A DNA stretch of 43,627 nt, from IMG/VR virus record IMGVR_UViG_3300019874_000009, positions 1-43,627 of that record; one strand, 5' to 3'. This document shows positions 8,216-15,337 of this stretch, piece after piece. The notes under the pieces are model-generated. The model saw nothing but the letters and a program-made list of their open reading frames with translations. It had not been told where the DNA came from and made no database searches. Made by a program: the position numbers and the translations under genes. The stretch's first letter is position 1; each line of letters starts with the position of its first letter. The DNA is from a virus. Its lineage: Duplodnaviria > Caudoviricetes.

Positions 8216-8843
8216 TACGTGGCGCGACAACTGGGAGCTCGCGTTCCCGTCCGAGTACCTGGGCGCGCAGCATCTTCACGACCGCGACCAGGTCCTCACC
8301 ATCTCCAAGGTCGACCGCCCCGAGCTCGACATGCTTGACCCGGGTACCAATCAGCGCGTCCGCAAGCGGAAGCTCGTGCTGCACTTCGCCGAGCTCGCTC
8401 GCGGCGGGCCGGACGATCCGAAGATGATGATCTTGAACAAGACCAACGCGCGCACGATCGCAGCGCTCTACGGCAAGGCGGTCGATGCGTGGGTCGGCAA
8501 GCGCATCACGGTCTACCCGACCGAGACGCAGGTCGGGCGCGAGATGAAGGCATGCGTCCGTATCCGGCCCAAGAGCACCGCCGAGCTCAGGCGCGAGGTG
8601 GTGAAAGGACCCGACTCGCCGCCGCCCGACAGCGCCACTACTCCGCCCGACGATCTGGTGGCCGAGGTGAAGGGCATCGTCGAGGGCATGTCGCACGCGC
8701 TCGAGCAGCCCGACCTGATGCCGGCGCTTCGTGAGCGCATCATGGCCCTGCCGAAGGACCTGCCCGACCGGCCGCTACTCGAGAAGTCCTACAAGCGATT
8801 GCGCGCGCAACTGGCCGCGCCACAGAGGGAGCAAGAGCCATGA
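8208..8843 (+). CDS. Phage protein with LNKTN motif, putative ssDNA-binding or annealing protein
   Basis: FPSEYL, MILNKTNARTI, WVGKRITVYP, CVRIRP; in the same operon as the RecE-like nuclease. Confidence 0.6.
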   Translation: MADTWRDNWELAFPSEYLGAQHLHDRDQVLTISKVDRPELDMLDPGTNQRVRKRKLVLHFAELARGGPDDPKMMILNKTNARTIAALYGKAVDAWVGKRITVYPTETQVGREMKACVRIRPKSTAELRREVVKGPDSPPPDSATTPPDDLVAEVKGIVEGMSHALEQPDLMPALRERIMALPKDLPDRPLLEKSYKRLRAQLAAPQREQEP

Positions 8844-9568
8844 CCGACGACGAGATCCGAGATGCCATCACCTACAACAAGACGCGCGGCCTGTTCGGGA
8901 TGCCGCTCGCAGCCGACGAGTTCGCGCTCCTGGTGGAGGCGTGGCAGCACGAGCATGGGTTGCGGACGGACGGGATGTACGGCCCAGCAACCCAGGCCCA
9001 GGTGGTCGAGCACCTCGCACAAATCAGGCGCCCGATCATCTTCGCCGTCCCGGCCACGCACGCCGATGTCGTCGACTACTACGGCGACCCGTCGCGCGAG
9101 CCGAGGGAGAAGGGCCAGGCCAATCAGTCGTGGTTTATGGCCAACATCGTCGAGTGCCATGGCTCGACCGCGCTGCCCGGCGTACCCGCTCACTGGTACG
9201 TGCAGGTCCACCACCGCGCGCGCGACTTCTTCCGAGCAGGTCTCGAGGCCGCCGCGCGCTTCTGCCCCGGCTATGAGATCCAGCGAGTCGGCGGGTTCAA
9301 CTATCGGGTGCGCGGTGGCAACCCCGAGGCCCTCTCGCTCCACTCGTCCGGTGCAGCAATCGATATCGACGCCGCCACCAACGGGGCCAAGCGGTTCGCG
9401 CGCGGCAAGAAGCCGGAGCCGTTCTCGCAGGCGTGGAAGGAGCTCTGGCCGAAGGGACTGCCCGAGGCGTTCGTCGTAGCCATGAAGTCGGTGGGCCTCG
9501 TGTGGGGCGGCGACTTCGAGTCGTACGTCGACCCGCAGCACTTCCAGGCGGCAGGGATCAACGCATGA
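8840..9568 (+). CDS. Endolysin: peptidoglycan-binding-like N-terminus plus M15 zinc peptidase
   Basis: AWQHEHGLRTDGMYGPAT (PG-binding repeat); FNYR, SLHSSGAAIDI, WGGDF, DPQHFQ (M15 motifs). Confidence 0.85.
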   Translation: MTDDEIRDAITYNKTRGLFGMPLAADEFALLVEAWQHEHGLRTDGMYGPATQAQVVEHLAQIRRPIIFAVPATHADVVDYYGDPSREPREKGQANQSWFMANIVECHGSTALPGVPAHWYVQVHHRARDFFRAGLEAAARFCPGYEIQRVGGFNYRVRGGNPEALSLHSSGAAIDIDAATNGAKRFARGKKPEPFSQAWKELWPKGLPEAFVVAMKSVGLVWGGDFESYVDPQHFQAAGINA

Positions 9569-9795
9569 GCCGCGTCTTGTTCATCCCGCGTCGGGCCGGC
9601 AAGTTCCTCGAGTACGCCCGCCTCCTGTGGACCGAGGCGACCACCGGGCCCAACGCGCTCAACGAGGCGCGCCGACGCGAGCGGGAGGCCGTCGTCCGCT
9701 ACCTGCGCCGGGCCAGCGCGCGATGGGGGCCACCCGAGGCGGCGGCGCTCGATATCGAGGCGAACAGGATCGCGGGCGGGGCGCACTACCGATGA
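9565..9795 (+). CDS. Hypothetical protein
   Basis: ATGA overlaps at both ends. Confidence 0.65.
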   Translation: MSRVLFIPRRAGKFLEYARLLWTEATTGPNALNEARRREREAVVRYLRRASARWGPPEAAALDIEANRIAGGAHYR

Positions 9796-10043
9796 GCCGC
9801 GCCACCGATCTTGCCCGCCGCGTAATGGGTCCGGGCGATCCGCGCGGCGATGCGCGCGGCCGTACGTCCATCTCCACGCGGTTGCTCGACGACGTCATCC
9901 TTGAGGCCGACGTGTACGCTGTAGCGGCCGTGATCCTGGCCGAGCGATGCGCCCGATGGCAACTGCTCGCGATGCTCTGGCGCAGAGCAGCGGTCCTCGC
10001 GATGCCGACACCGGAGAGTGTCGTCGACGCGTGGCTGCGATGA
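9792..10043 (+). CDS. Hypothetical protein
   Basis: ATGA overlap. Confidence 0.6.
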   Translation: MSRATDLARRVMGPGDPRGDARGRTSISTRLLDDVILEADVYAVAAVILAERCARWQLLAMLWRRAAVLAMPTPESVVDAWLR

Positions 10044-10216
10044 TCCTTTCACCATGTCCCGGCCGACGAGGCAATCTGGGTCCGCCCGCGCGGAGATCGC
10101 AACGGTCGGCAGCGGCCGTACGGATCGTTCTGTTTCGTGTCGGTGATGCAAGCGCGCTACGCATCAACGATCGAGAGGCTGGAGCGGGAGATCGCGGACA
10201 AACGAAGGAGCTAACC

Positions 10217-10621
10217 ATGGACTTCTACGACACCGTGACAGCGAATCGGAAGCTCGATGAAGCGAGGCGCGAGCGCGATGAGGCGATCGCTCACGCACTT
10301 GAGCTGCAGCTGCGCGCCGAACGCGAGCGCGATGAAGCAAAGCGGCAGCGCGATTCGCTACGGCGCCAGCTCCACGAGCAGCGCCCCATCGGGGACGGCG
10401 TGACTGACGACACCGAGGCGATCAAGGCGGGCGCGCGGCTCAAGGCGGGGTGGCGGCCGACCGCGATGCCGCTGAACGTGTGCAGCTCCTGCCATCGAGA
10501 CGATTGCAGCGGTGCCGGGCTATGCCGCGAGCACCGTCCGAGCGCAGTCGAGGCCGCGCCGGGCGTGCGGTCCGGTCGCGTCATCGCCGTGCAGTCGCAG
10601 TACGATCCGGACGACGAGTGA
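10217..10621 (+). CDS. Hypothetical coiled-coil protein with Cys motif
   Basis: AAGGAG RBS; RRERDEA/ERERDEA repeats; CSSC..DC..C. Confidence 0.7.
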   Translation: MDFYDTVTANRKLDEARRERDEAIAHALELQLRAERERDEAKRQRDSLRRQLHEQRPIGDGVTDDTEAIKAGARLKAGWRPTAMPLNVCSSCHRDDCSGAGLCREHRPSAVEAAPGVRSGRVIAVQSQYDPDDE

Positions 10622-11223
10622 TCGCTGCTCTCTTCGTCGAGCCGATGGGCGTGTACGCGGGCGACCTGTTCTCGCCGCTCGCCGACGTCGAGCTCTGGAC
10701 GGAGGCGCGGGATGCCCGGCTCTACCCCGGGCCGCACCCGGTGGTCGCGCACCCGCCGTGCGCTCGCTGGTGCGCCATGGCCGGGCTCGTCGAGTACCTG
10801 CATGGGCGCAAGCGCGGCGATGACGGCGGATGCTTCGAGTTCGCGCTGGCCGCGGTGCGGCGGTGGGGCGGCGTGCTGGAGCATCCGGCGTTCTCGCACG
10901 CGTGGGACGCGTTCGACCTGCCGGTGCCCGATCCGGCGGGGTGGTGGACGCCGACCGACGCGCATGGCGGTGCGGCCTGCCAGGTCGAGCAAGGACACTA
11001 CGGCCACCGCGCCCGCAAGCGGACGTGGCTGTACGCGGTCCGCACCACACGCCCCGAGCTCCTGTGGGGCCCCGCCCAGGCCGCGCGGTGGGTGACGTAC
11101 ACCGCCAAGGACTCGGGCATACCCAACCCGAAGCCGGGCATCCACAAGCGCGAGCGCAGCGCTACCCCGCCCGCTTTCCGCGATGTGCTGCTGCAGCTGG
11201 CGCGGTCGGTGGCGACTGGATGA
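10618..11223 (+). CDS. Minimal DNA cytosine-C5 methyltransferase-like protein
   Basis: VVAHPPC (motif IV-like), VLEHP (VI-like), ARKRTWLY (VIII-like), RSATP..F; no FxGxG motif I. Confidence 0.65.
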   Translation: MIAALFVEPMGVYAGDLFSPLADVELWTEARDARLYPGPHPVVAHPPCARWCAMAGLVEYLHGRKRGDDGGCFEFALAAVRRWGGVLEHPAFSHAWDAFDLPVPDPAGWWTPTDAHGGAACQVEQGHYGHRARKRTWLYAVRTTRPELLWGPAQAARWVTYTAKDSGIPNPKPGIHKRERSATPPAFRDVLLQLARSVATG

Positions 11224-11360
11224 TCTCGCTGGCCCCCATCACAATGAAGGGCGCGAACGTCGTCGTCTCGGCCTGGCACAGTCACCACAAACCCGTCCGA
11301 GGATGCGTGTTCTGCATCGAGCTCGTGGCACGCGTCCGGTGGGAGATCGCTAGTCGGTGA
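11220..11360 (+). pseudogene. Truncated XF1762-family gene
   Basis: LAPITMKGANVVVSAWHSHHKPVRGCVFCI matches the family N-terminus as I recall it; stops after 46 aa, overlapping a convergent gene. Confidence 0.55.
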
Positions 11361-11619
11361 GCTCGTGCGCTTCGATGAAGTACTCGGCGTCGATCCAGCC
11401 CGACTGAAAGCACCACGCGTCCTTGAGCGCGTGCCACTCGGTCGGGTCCTCCATGTCCTGGACGTCGTCCGCGCCCGCGTCCTCGTTCACCCGGGGCTCG
11501 GCGTTGCGCGCCGCCATGCGACACGCGCCGACGAGCGACCTGCACACGCCGAGCGTCGACTCAGCGGCGTCCGCGTTGTCGGCCGGGATCTCCACCGCAA
11601 GAACCACGTACACCGTCAT
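11350..11619 (-). CDS. Hypothetical acidic protein
   Basis: ATGA overlap; MTVYVVL start typical of small phage early genes. Confidence 0.7.
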   Translation of the reverse strand: MTVYVVLAVEIPADNADAAESTLGVCRSLVGACRMAARNAEPRVNEDAGADDVQDMEDPTEWHALKDAWCFQSGWIDAEYFIEAHELTD

Positions 11620-11777
11620 GGCATGACCTCAAGGTAGCGATCGAGTTCGGCATCAGAGAGCTCGCCCCGGCGGTACCTGGCCGCGAGCTCGGCCCACACC
11701 TTCTGCCAGTCGCGGTCGCGGGCGTCACGGGCCGCCAGGGCCAGCCCGGCGCGAAACCTGCGGGTCCGGGCGGTCAC
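11616..11777 (-). CDS. Hypothetical protein (53 aa, not in ORF track)
   Basis: MTARTRRFRAGLALAARDARDRDWQKVW...LEVMP; GTGA and ATGA overlaps at both ends. Confidence 0.6.
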   Translation of the reverse strand: MTARTRRFRAGLALAARDARDRDWQKVWAELAARYRRGELSDAELDRYLEVMP

Positions 11778-11995
11778 GAGCAACTCCCCACCACGAGCAC
11801 CAGCAGCCCCGCCAGGGCCGCCAGCCGCGTCATCAGGTAGGCCGGCGACATCTCCACCTCGCGGCCGTAGAAACGGGCGTTGTGGGCGACAGGGGCGCGC
11901 CGGGCCTGCGACTCCCGCTCCTGCTCGGCGGCCCAGATTGCCACCGCGCCCTTGACAAACCGCCCGCCGACTCCCCTGTCATTGTGCCTCGCCAT
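11774..11995 (-). CDS. Small membrane protein
   Basis: C-terminal hydrophobic LAALAGLLVLVVG; first gene after the leftward promoter. Confidence 0.55.
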   Translation of the reverse strand: MARHNDRGVGGRFVKGAVAIWAAEQERESQARRAPVAHNARFYGREVEMSPAYLMTRLAALAGLLVLVVGSCS

Positions 11996-12007
11996 GCCTC
12001 GACGTAC

Positions 12008-12023
12008 TGCACGCGGCGGGCCG
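12008..12023 (-). promoter_or_regulatory. Putative sigma-54 (-24/-12) promoter, leftward
   Basis: Minus strand CGGCCCGCCGCGTGCA, GG-N10-GC; start codon 13 nt past the GC. Confidence 0.5.
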
Positions 12024-12175
12024 CCTGCACATCAGTGGTAACTGCAGCGAACAGCCGCGCAGCACTCGCCGGAGCTGTCGCTTCTCAGGTCACCCGACCG
12101 ATTCCAGGTCGTCACTCCCGCGACAGTCGGCCTGGGCGCGCCAGTCGGGTCGCTGAGTTGCTGCCGGTTCGCGCT

Positions 12176-12191
12176 CGGCACGTCGCCTGCA
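12176..12191 (+). promoter_or_regulatory. Putative sigma-54 (-24/-12) promoter, rightward
   Basis: CGGCACGTCGCCTGCA versus consensus TGGCACG-N4-TTGCW; start codon 14 nt past the GC. Confidence 0.6.
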
Positions 12192-12204
12192 ATGTCCCCC
12201 GATC

Positions 12205-12474
12205 GTGAAGACGAACGAAATCAGCAAGGGTCAACGGCTGGTGCTCGGCACCGCCGGGTTCCTGGTGACAGTCCAGCGCGTGTGGGACTGCGGCACGGTG
12301 ACGGTGATCTCGGACGATGGCGGCGCGTGCGACTGCAAGGCCGAGCACCTCAGCATCCCGCCGGCCCCGGTCACGAGCACCTGCGGCCGCTGCTCCGGCT
12401 CGGGCGAGCTCGACGGCGAGTACGAGTACGGCACGTGCGAGGCGTGCGGCGGCTCCGGCGAGGTGCTCCGATGA
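12205..12474 (+). CDS. Hypothetical protein with DnaJ-type CxxCxGxG zinc finger
   Basis: CGRCSGSG and CEACGGSG. Confidence 0.7.
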   Translation: MKTNEISKGQRLVLGTAGFLVTVQRVWDCGTVTVISDDGGACDCKAEHLSIPPAPVTSTCGRCSGSGELDGEYEYGTCEACGGSGEVLR

Positions 12475-12806
12475 CCGAAGCGCAGTTCGAGAAGGCTCTG
12501 GCCCGGTCCGACATCCACGGCGACCTCGTGTTCGACGCGCCGATCGTGCGAACGCGCTGCGACGAGTGCCCTCTCTACACCATCCCGCTCCGCGATCTGC
12601 ACGCGTGCCAGGAGTGCGGCGAGGCGGTCTACCACTGCCCGGGTTGCGGCAGCGACACCGTCAAGGTCGAGCGTGAGCTCGAGGCCTCCTGGTGGGTGGT
12701 CGACTACGACTACACGCGCGAGTCGATCCCGCTGGGTCCGTTCGCGACGCGCACCGAGGCGGTCGAGAAGGCCCGCGAGCTCTTCGTGCACCCCGACGAG
12801 GACTGA
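12471..12806 (+). CDS. Hypothetical zinc-ribbon protein
   Basis: Three CxxC pairs; GPFATRTEA C-terminal motif; ATGA overlap. Confidence 0.7.
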   Translation: MTEAQFEKALARSDIHGDLVFDAPIVRTRCDECPLYTIPLRDLHACQECGEAVYHCPGCGSDTVKVERELEASWWVVDYDYTRESIPLGPFATRTEAVEKARELFVHPDED

Positions 12807-12818
12807 TGCGACTCGCCA

Positions 12819-12849
12819 GCCGATGCGATCCCGCAGCGATCGCATCGGC
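12819..12849. terminator. Perfect 12-bp hairpin without U-tract
   Basis: GCCGATGCGATC / GATCGCATCGGC with 7-nt loop; smaller CGGGC/GCCCG hairpin follows at 12853-12868. Confidence 0.5.
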
Positions 12850-12885
12850 GCGCGGGCACCATCGCCCGGGAACGGATCAAAGACC

Positions 12886-13137
12886 ATGACCGACATCGCC
12901 AACGCCAATGCCGAACCCGACACCGTATGGGGGACCCACAGCGAAACCTTCTACGTCGCACCCGATGGGGGTACATGGCTCGTGCAGGGGCCGGACATGC
13001 TTGGCCCGGACCCCGTCGCAGTCGCGGTCGTGCCCGATGTGCCTCCGACAGCGCGCGAACTTGACGAGCAGGCGCTCGACCAAGAAATGCGCGACACGAT
13101 CCACGTGCTGCGCTGCCTCGCAGGTCGGGTCCGATGA
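12886..13137 (+). CDS. Hypothetical protein
   Basis: ATG 12886; ATGA overlap downstream. Confidence 0.65.
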   Translation: MTDIANANAEPDTVWGTHSETFYVAPDGGTWLVQGPDMLGPDPVAVAVVPDVPPTARELDEQALDQEMRDTIHVLRCLAGRVR

Positions 13138-13199
13138 CGCACCTGTACCCGACTCCGCCCCGCTGGTTTCGCCGGCTCGACGCCGAGCTCCGGTAGACC

Positions 13200-13379
13200 A
13201 TGGACGAGGCCCCCACCTATCGCTGTCACTGCGGCGGCCACGCGATCGGCCGCGTCGAGGTGTGGGCCGACGGGGCCCGCATCGCAACCCGGTGGCGCTG
13301 CGCTCTGCACTTTTCCGACAGGCCAGTCGTGACCTACATCTGGCGTACCGACGACAACGGACAACCGAAGGACCGATGA
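13200..13379 (+). CDS. Hypothetical protein (59 aa, CHC..C..H)
   Basis: Hand translation MDEAPTYRCHCGGHAIGRVEVW...; TGA overlaps next ATG. Confidence 0.5.
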   Translation: MDEAPTYRCHCGGHAIGRVEVWADGARIATRWRCALHFSDRPVVTYIWRTDDNGQPKDR

Positions 13380-13642
13380 CCATGACCCCACAGTTCGACT
13401 TCGACATCTTGGAGAGCCTCGAGCATGAGGCCCAGAACCCGGGCGATGAGCTGCTGCTCCGCGCCCTCACCAGAGAGGAGGCCCGCGACTACGGCGTCAT
13501 CGTTTGCTCGTGCGGCTGCTACACGTGCCCCGCGATCGTGCTCTTCGGCCTGCCGGTGGCCGAGTACCACGACACGATCGAGCCGCTCGCCGACCAGACC
13601 GAGCGCGATCGCAAGGCGGCCGAGCTCAAGGCGGGCGCGTGA
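13376..13642 (+). CDS. Hypothetical protein
   Basis: GAAGGA RBS; CSCGCYTC motif. Confidence 0.65.
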   Translation: MTMTPQFDFDILESLEHEAQNPGDELLLRALTREEARDYGVIVCSCGCYTCPAIVLFGLPVAEYHDTIEPLADQTERDRKAAELKAGA

Positions 13643-13848
13643 TGGCCAGCCTCGGTCACGATGTCCCGAGCCCCTTCCCGTTCGCCACGCCCCACGGGAC
13701 GATCACCAACGAGCGGTGCGACTGCACCCACAAGAGGACCGATCACCTGGACACCGTCTCGTTCGGTCACGGGCGGTGCGCGGTCGATGATTGCGCGTGC
13801 CAGAAGTTCAGCTGGGCGAGCTGCATCTTCAGCGAGATCGGCCGATGA
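13642..13848 (+). CDS. Small Cys/His-rich protein
   Basis: CDCTH..DH...C..DDCACQKF; TGATG overlap. Confidence 0.7.
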   Translation: MASLGHDVPSPFPFATPHGTITNERCDCTHKRTDHLDTVSFGHGRCAVDDCACQKFSWASCIFSEIGR

Positions 13849-14132
13849 AGCACCGCAGCACCTTCCGCATCGTCACCGTGTTCTACGACGCCGAGCGTGG
13901 CTGGGCGTGTCGCGGCGCGGACGACGCGGTCGAGTACGCAAACCAGCGCGAGCGCTACCTCGACCTCTTCATGTTGGCCGAGGCGGCCCGGCTCGCGGCG
14001 CTCGCCGACGTCGCCGAGCTCATGATCGACGAGAAGCTTCGGCTGGCGTGGGGCGGCCCCGATCGCTACCAGTGGGTCGACGACGCCGCCGAGCCTGCCG
14101 TGTCGTGGTCGGCGCCCGGAGGTGACGCGTGA
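13845..14132 (+). CDS. Hypothetical protein
   Basis: ATGA overlap. Confidence 0.65.
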   Translation: MKHRSTFRIVTVFYDAERGWACRGADDAVEYANQRERYLDLFMLAEAARLAALADVAELMIDEKLRLAWGGPDRYQWVDDAAEPAVSWSAPGGDA

Positions 14133-14371
14133 GGCGCGCGCGGTTCCGGGTGCGCGGACGGCTCGACATGGCCAGCCGCTTCCAGGAGGGGACACTCGTG
14201 GTCGACCGTCGATCGCGCACGGTGGCGGTGCGCCCGCTCCGGCGGCATCGCGTGTACGAGCTGCCGCTCGACGTGGTGGCCGAGTGGATCTGTCGCCGCG
14301 TTGCGCAGGTCGATGCTGCCCGGCTGCGCGCCGAGCGTGCGGAAGCTCGACGTGCACGGAGGGCAGCATGA
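14129..14371 (+). CDS. Hypothetical basic protein
   Basis: GGAGG RBS; GTGA overlap. Confidence 0.7.
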   Translation: MRRARFRVRGRLDMASRFQEGTLVVDRRSRTVAVRPLRRHRVYELPLDVVAEWICRRVAQVDAARLRAERAEARRARRAA

Positions 14372-14685
14372 CGCGCACCGACGTCCACATCATCGTCGGC
14401 CTCATCCGGGAGGCCGCGCGCGTCGCCGGTCGCAGCGGTGCAGGCGAGATCCACTCAAGCGCGGCCGTGACGTTCAGCCTGCACTTCTGCACCGACGACG
14501 CCCTGCGGCTGGTCGAGGAGGAGGGCGGCACGCGCCAGCACTACCAGGGATCGGAGTCCGGCGGACTGCCCGGGTACCACTGGGATGTCGTGACGCTCGA
14601 CGGCGTTTCCTTCTTCGGCGACCACTACCGCGTCAACCCCGAACCCGAAAAGAAGCCGGAGCCGGACGATGAGATTCCCTTCTGA
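14368..14685 (+). CDS. Hypothetical protein ending in an SSB-like DDEIPF tail
   Basis: GGAGG RBS; ATGA overlap; C-terminus PEPDDEIPF. Confidence 0.7.
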   Translation: MTRTDVHIIVGLIREAARVAGRSGAGEIHSSAAVTFSLHFCTDDALRLVEEEGGTRQHYQGSESGGLPGYHWDVVTLDGVSFFGDHYRVNPEPEKKPEPDDEIPF

Positions 14686-14863
14686 TCCGACCGGCCGCCT
14701 CATCAATCTGGCGCTGGCTCTCATCCCGGACCCGGCCGCCGCGTCCGCAGCGTGTACGATGGCCGCCGCCGTTCTGGCCACCGTTGGGCAGATCCCACCA
14801 CACCGCGTGCACGCCGCACTCGCCAGCGCGTTCGTCGAGCTGGCCGACCGCATGGTACCTTAG
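14669..14863 (+). CDS. Hypothetical protein
   Basis: Overlaps upstream gene; Ala-rich helical protein. Confidence 0.55.
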   Translation: MRFPSDPTGRLINLALALIPDPAAASAACTMAAAVLATVGQIPPHRVHAALASAFVELADRMVP

Positions 14864-14881
14864 CGGTTGGGTCCTTCTGCA

Positions 14882-14921
14882 GCGGCCCGGTCGACGATCC
14901 CTATCCCGTCGGCCGGGCCGC
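14882..14921. terminator. 15-bp GC-rich hairpin
   Basis: GCGGCCCGGTCGACG / CGTCGGCCGGGCCGC with one G-U pair and a 10-nt loop; intergenic. Confidence 0.55.
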
Positions 14922-14939
14922 ACCTTCGCCGGAGCCACT

Positions 14940-15257
14940 TTGCCGACGGGCGTGTACCCGAGAAGCTCGCACCACCGATGGGTTTCGACAGTCGCAAGAC
15001 CCGGGCACTCCGCCGATTGGACGTGCAGCAACTGCGGGCTCGAGCGGGCCGCCAAGAACAGCGGCGAGCGCGGTGGGCCGGTTTTCTACGTCTGGCGGGA
15101 CGGCGTGTGGCGCCTCGCCGAACCGACACCGAAGGGCGGACCGAGACCGAGATTCGGGGCGTGCCCGGTAGGCTCGCTGACGTCACGCCGGACCGCCGCG
15201 CGCCGCGAAGAGCGCGATCTGCAGCGGCCCCGGCGGCGCCGCTCGTCGTCCGGGTAG
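14940..15257 (+). CDS. Hypothetical protein (MPTGVYPR..., CSNC)
   Basis: GGAG RBS then TTG at 14940. Confidence 0.5.
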   Translation: MPTGVYPRSSHHRWVSTVARPGHSADWTCSNCGLERAAKNSGERGGPVFYVWRDGVWRLAEPTPKGGPRPRFGACPVGSLTSRRTAARREERDLQRPRRRRSSSG

Positions 15258-15337
15258 AGCGCCGCCAGGGCCGCCAGGTGCGCCGGGCGCTGCAGCTGGA
15301 GCTCTACCCCGGGCACTCGCTGCCGCCTGTGAGCGCC

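Noticed and set aside
10398-10428. GDGVTDDTEAI motif resembling the tailspike [11 protein letters not shown]
   Set aside because: Isolated short match in an otherwise unrelated small protein with no beta-helix following; at most a recombination remnant
11952-11985. TTGACA as a sigma-70 -35 box
   Set aside because: No acceptable -10 at 16-18 nt spacing and it lies inside a minus-strand ORF
13134-13202. Genome-wide TAG reassignment suggested by in-frame TAG-ACC-ATG here and TAG-GTG at 23632
   Set aside because: Other TAG stops (17251, 32817, 42451, 574) are followed by out-of-frame genes, and core genes are full length under the standard code
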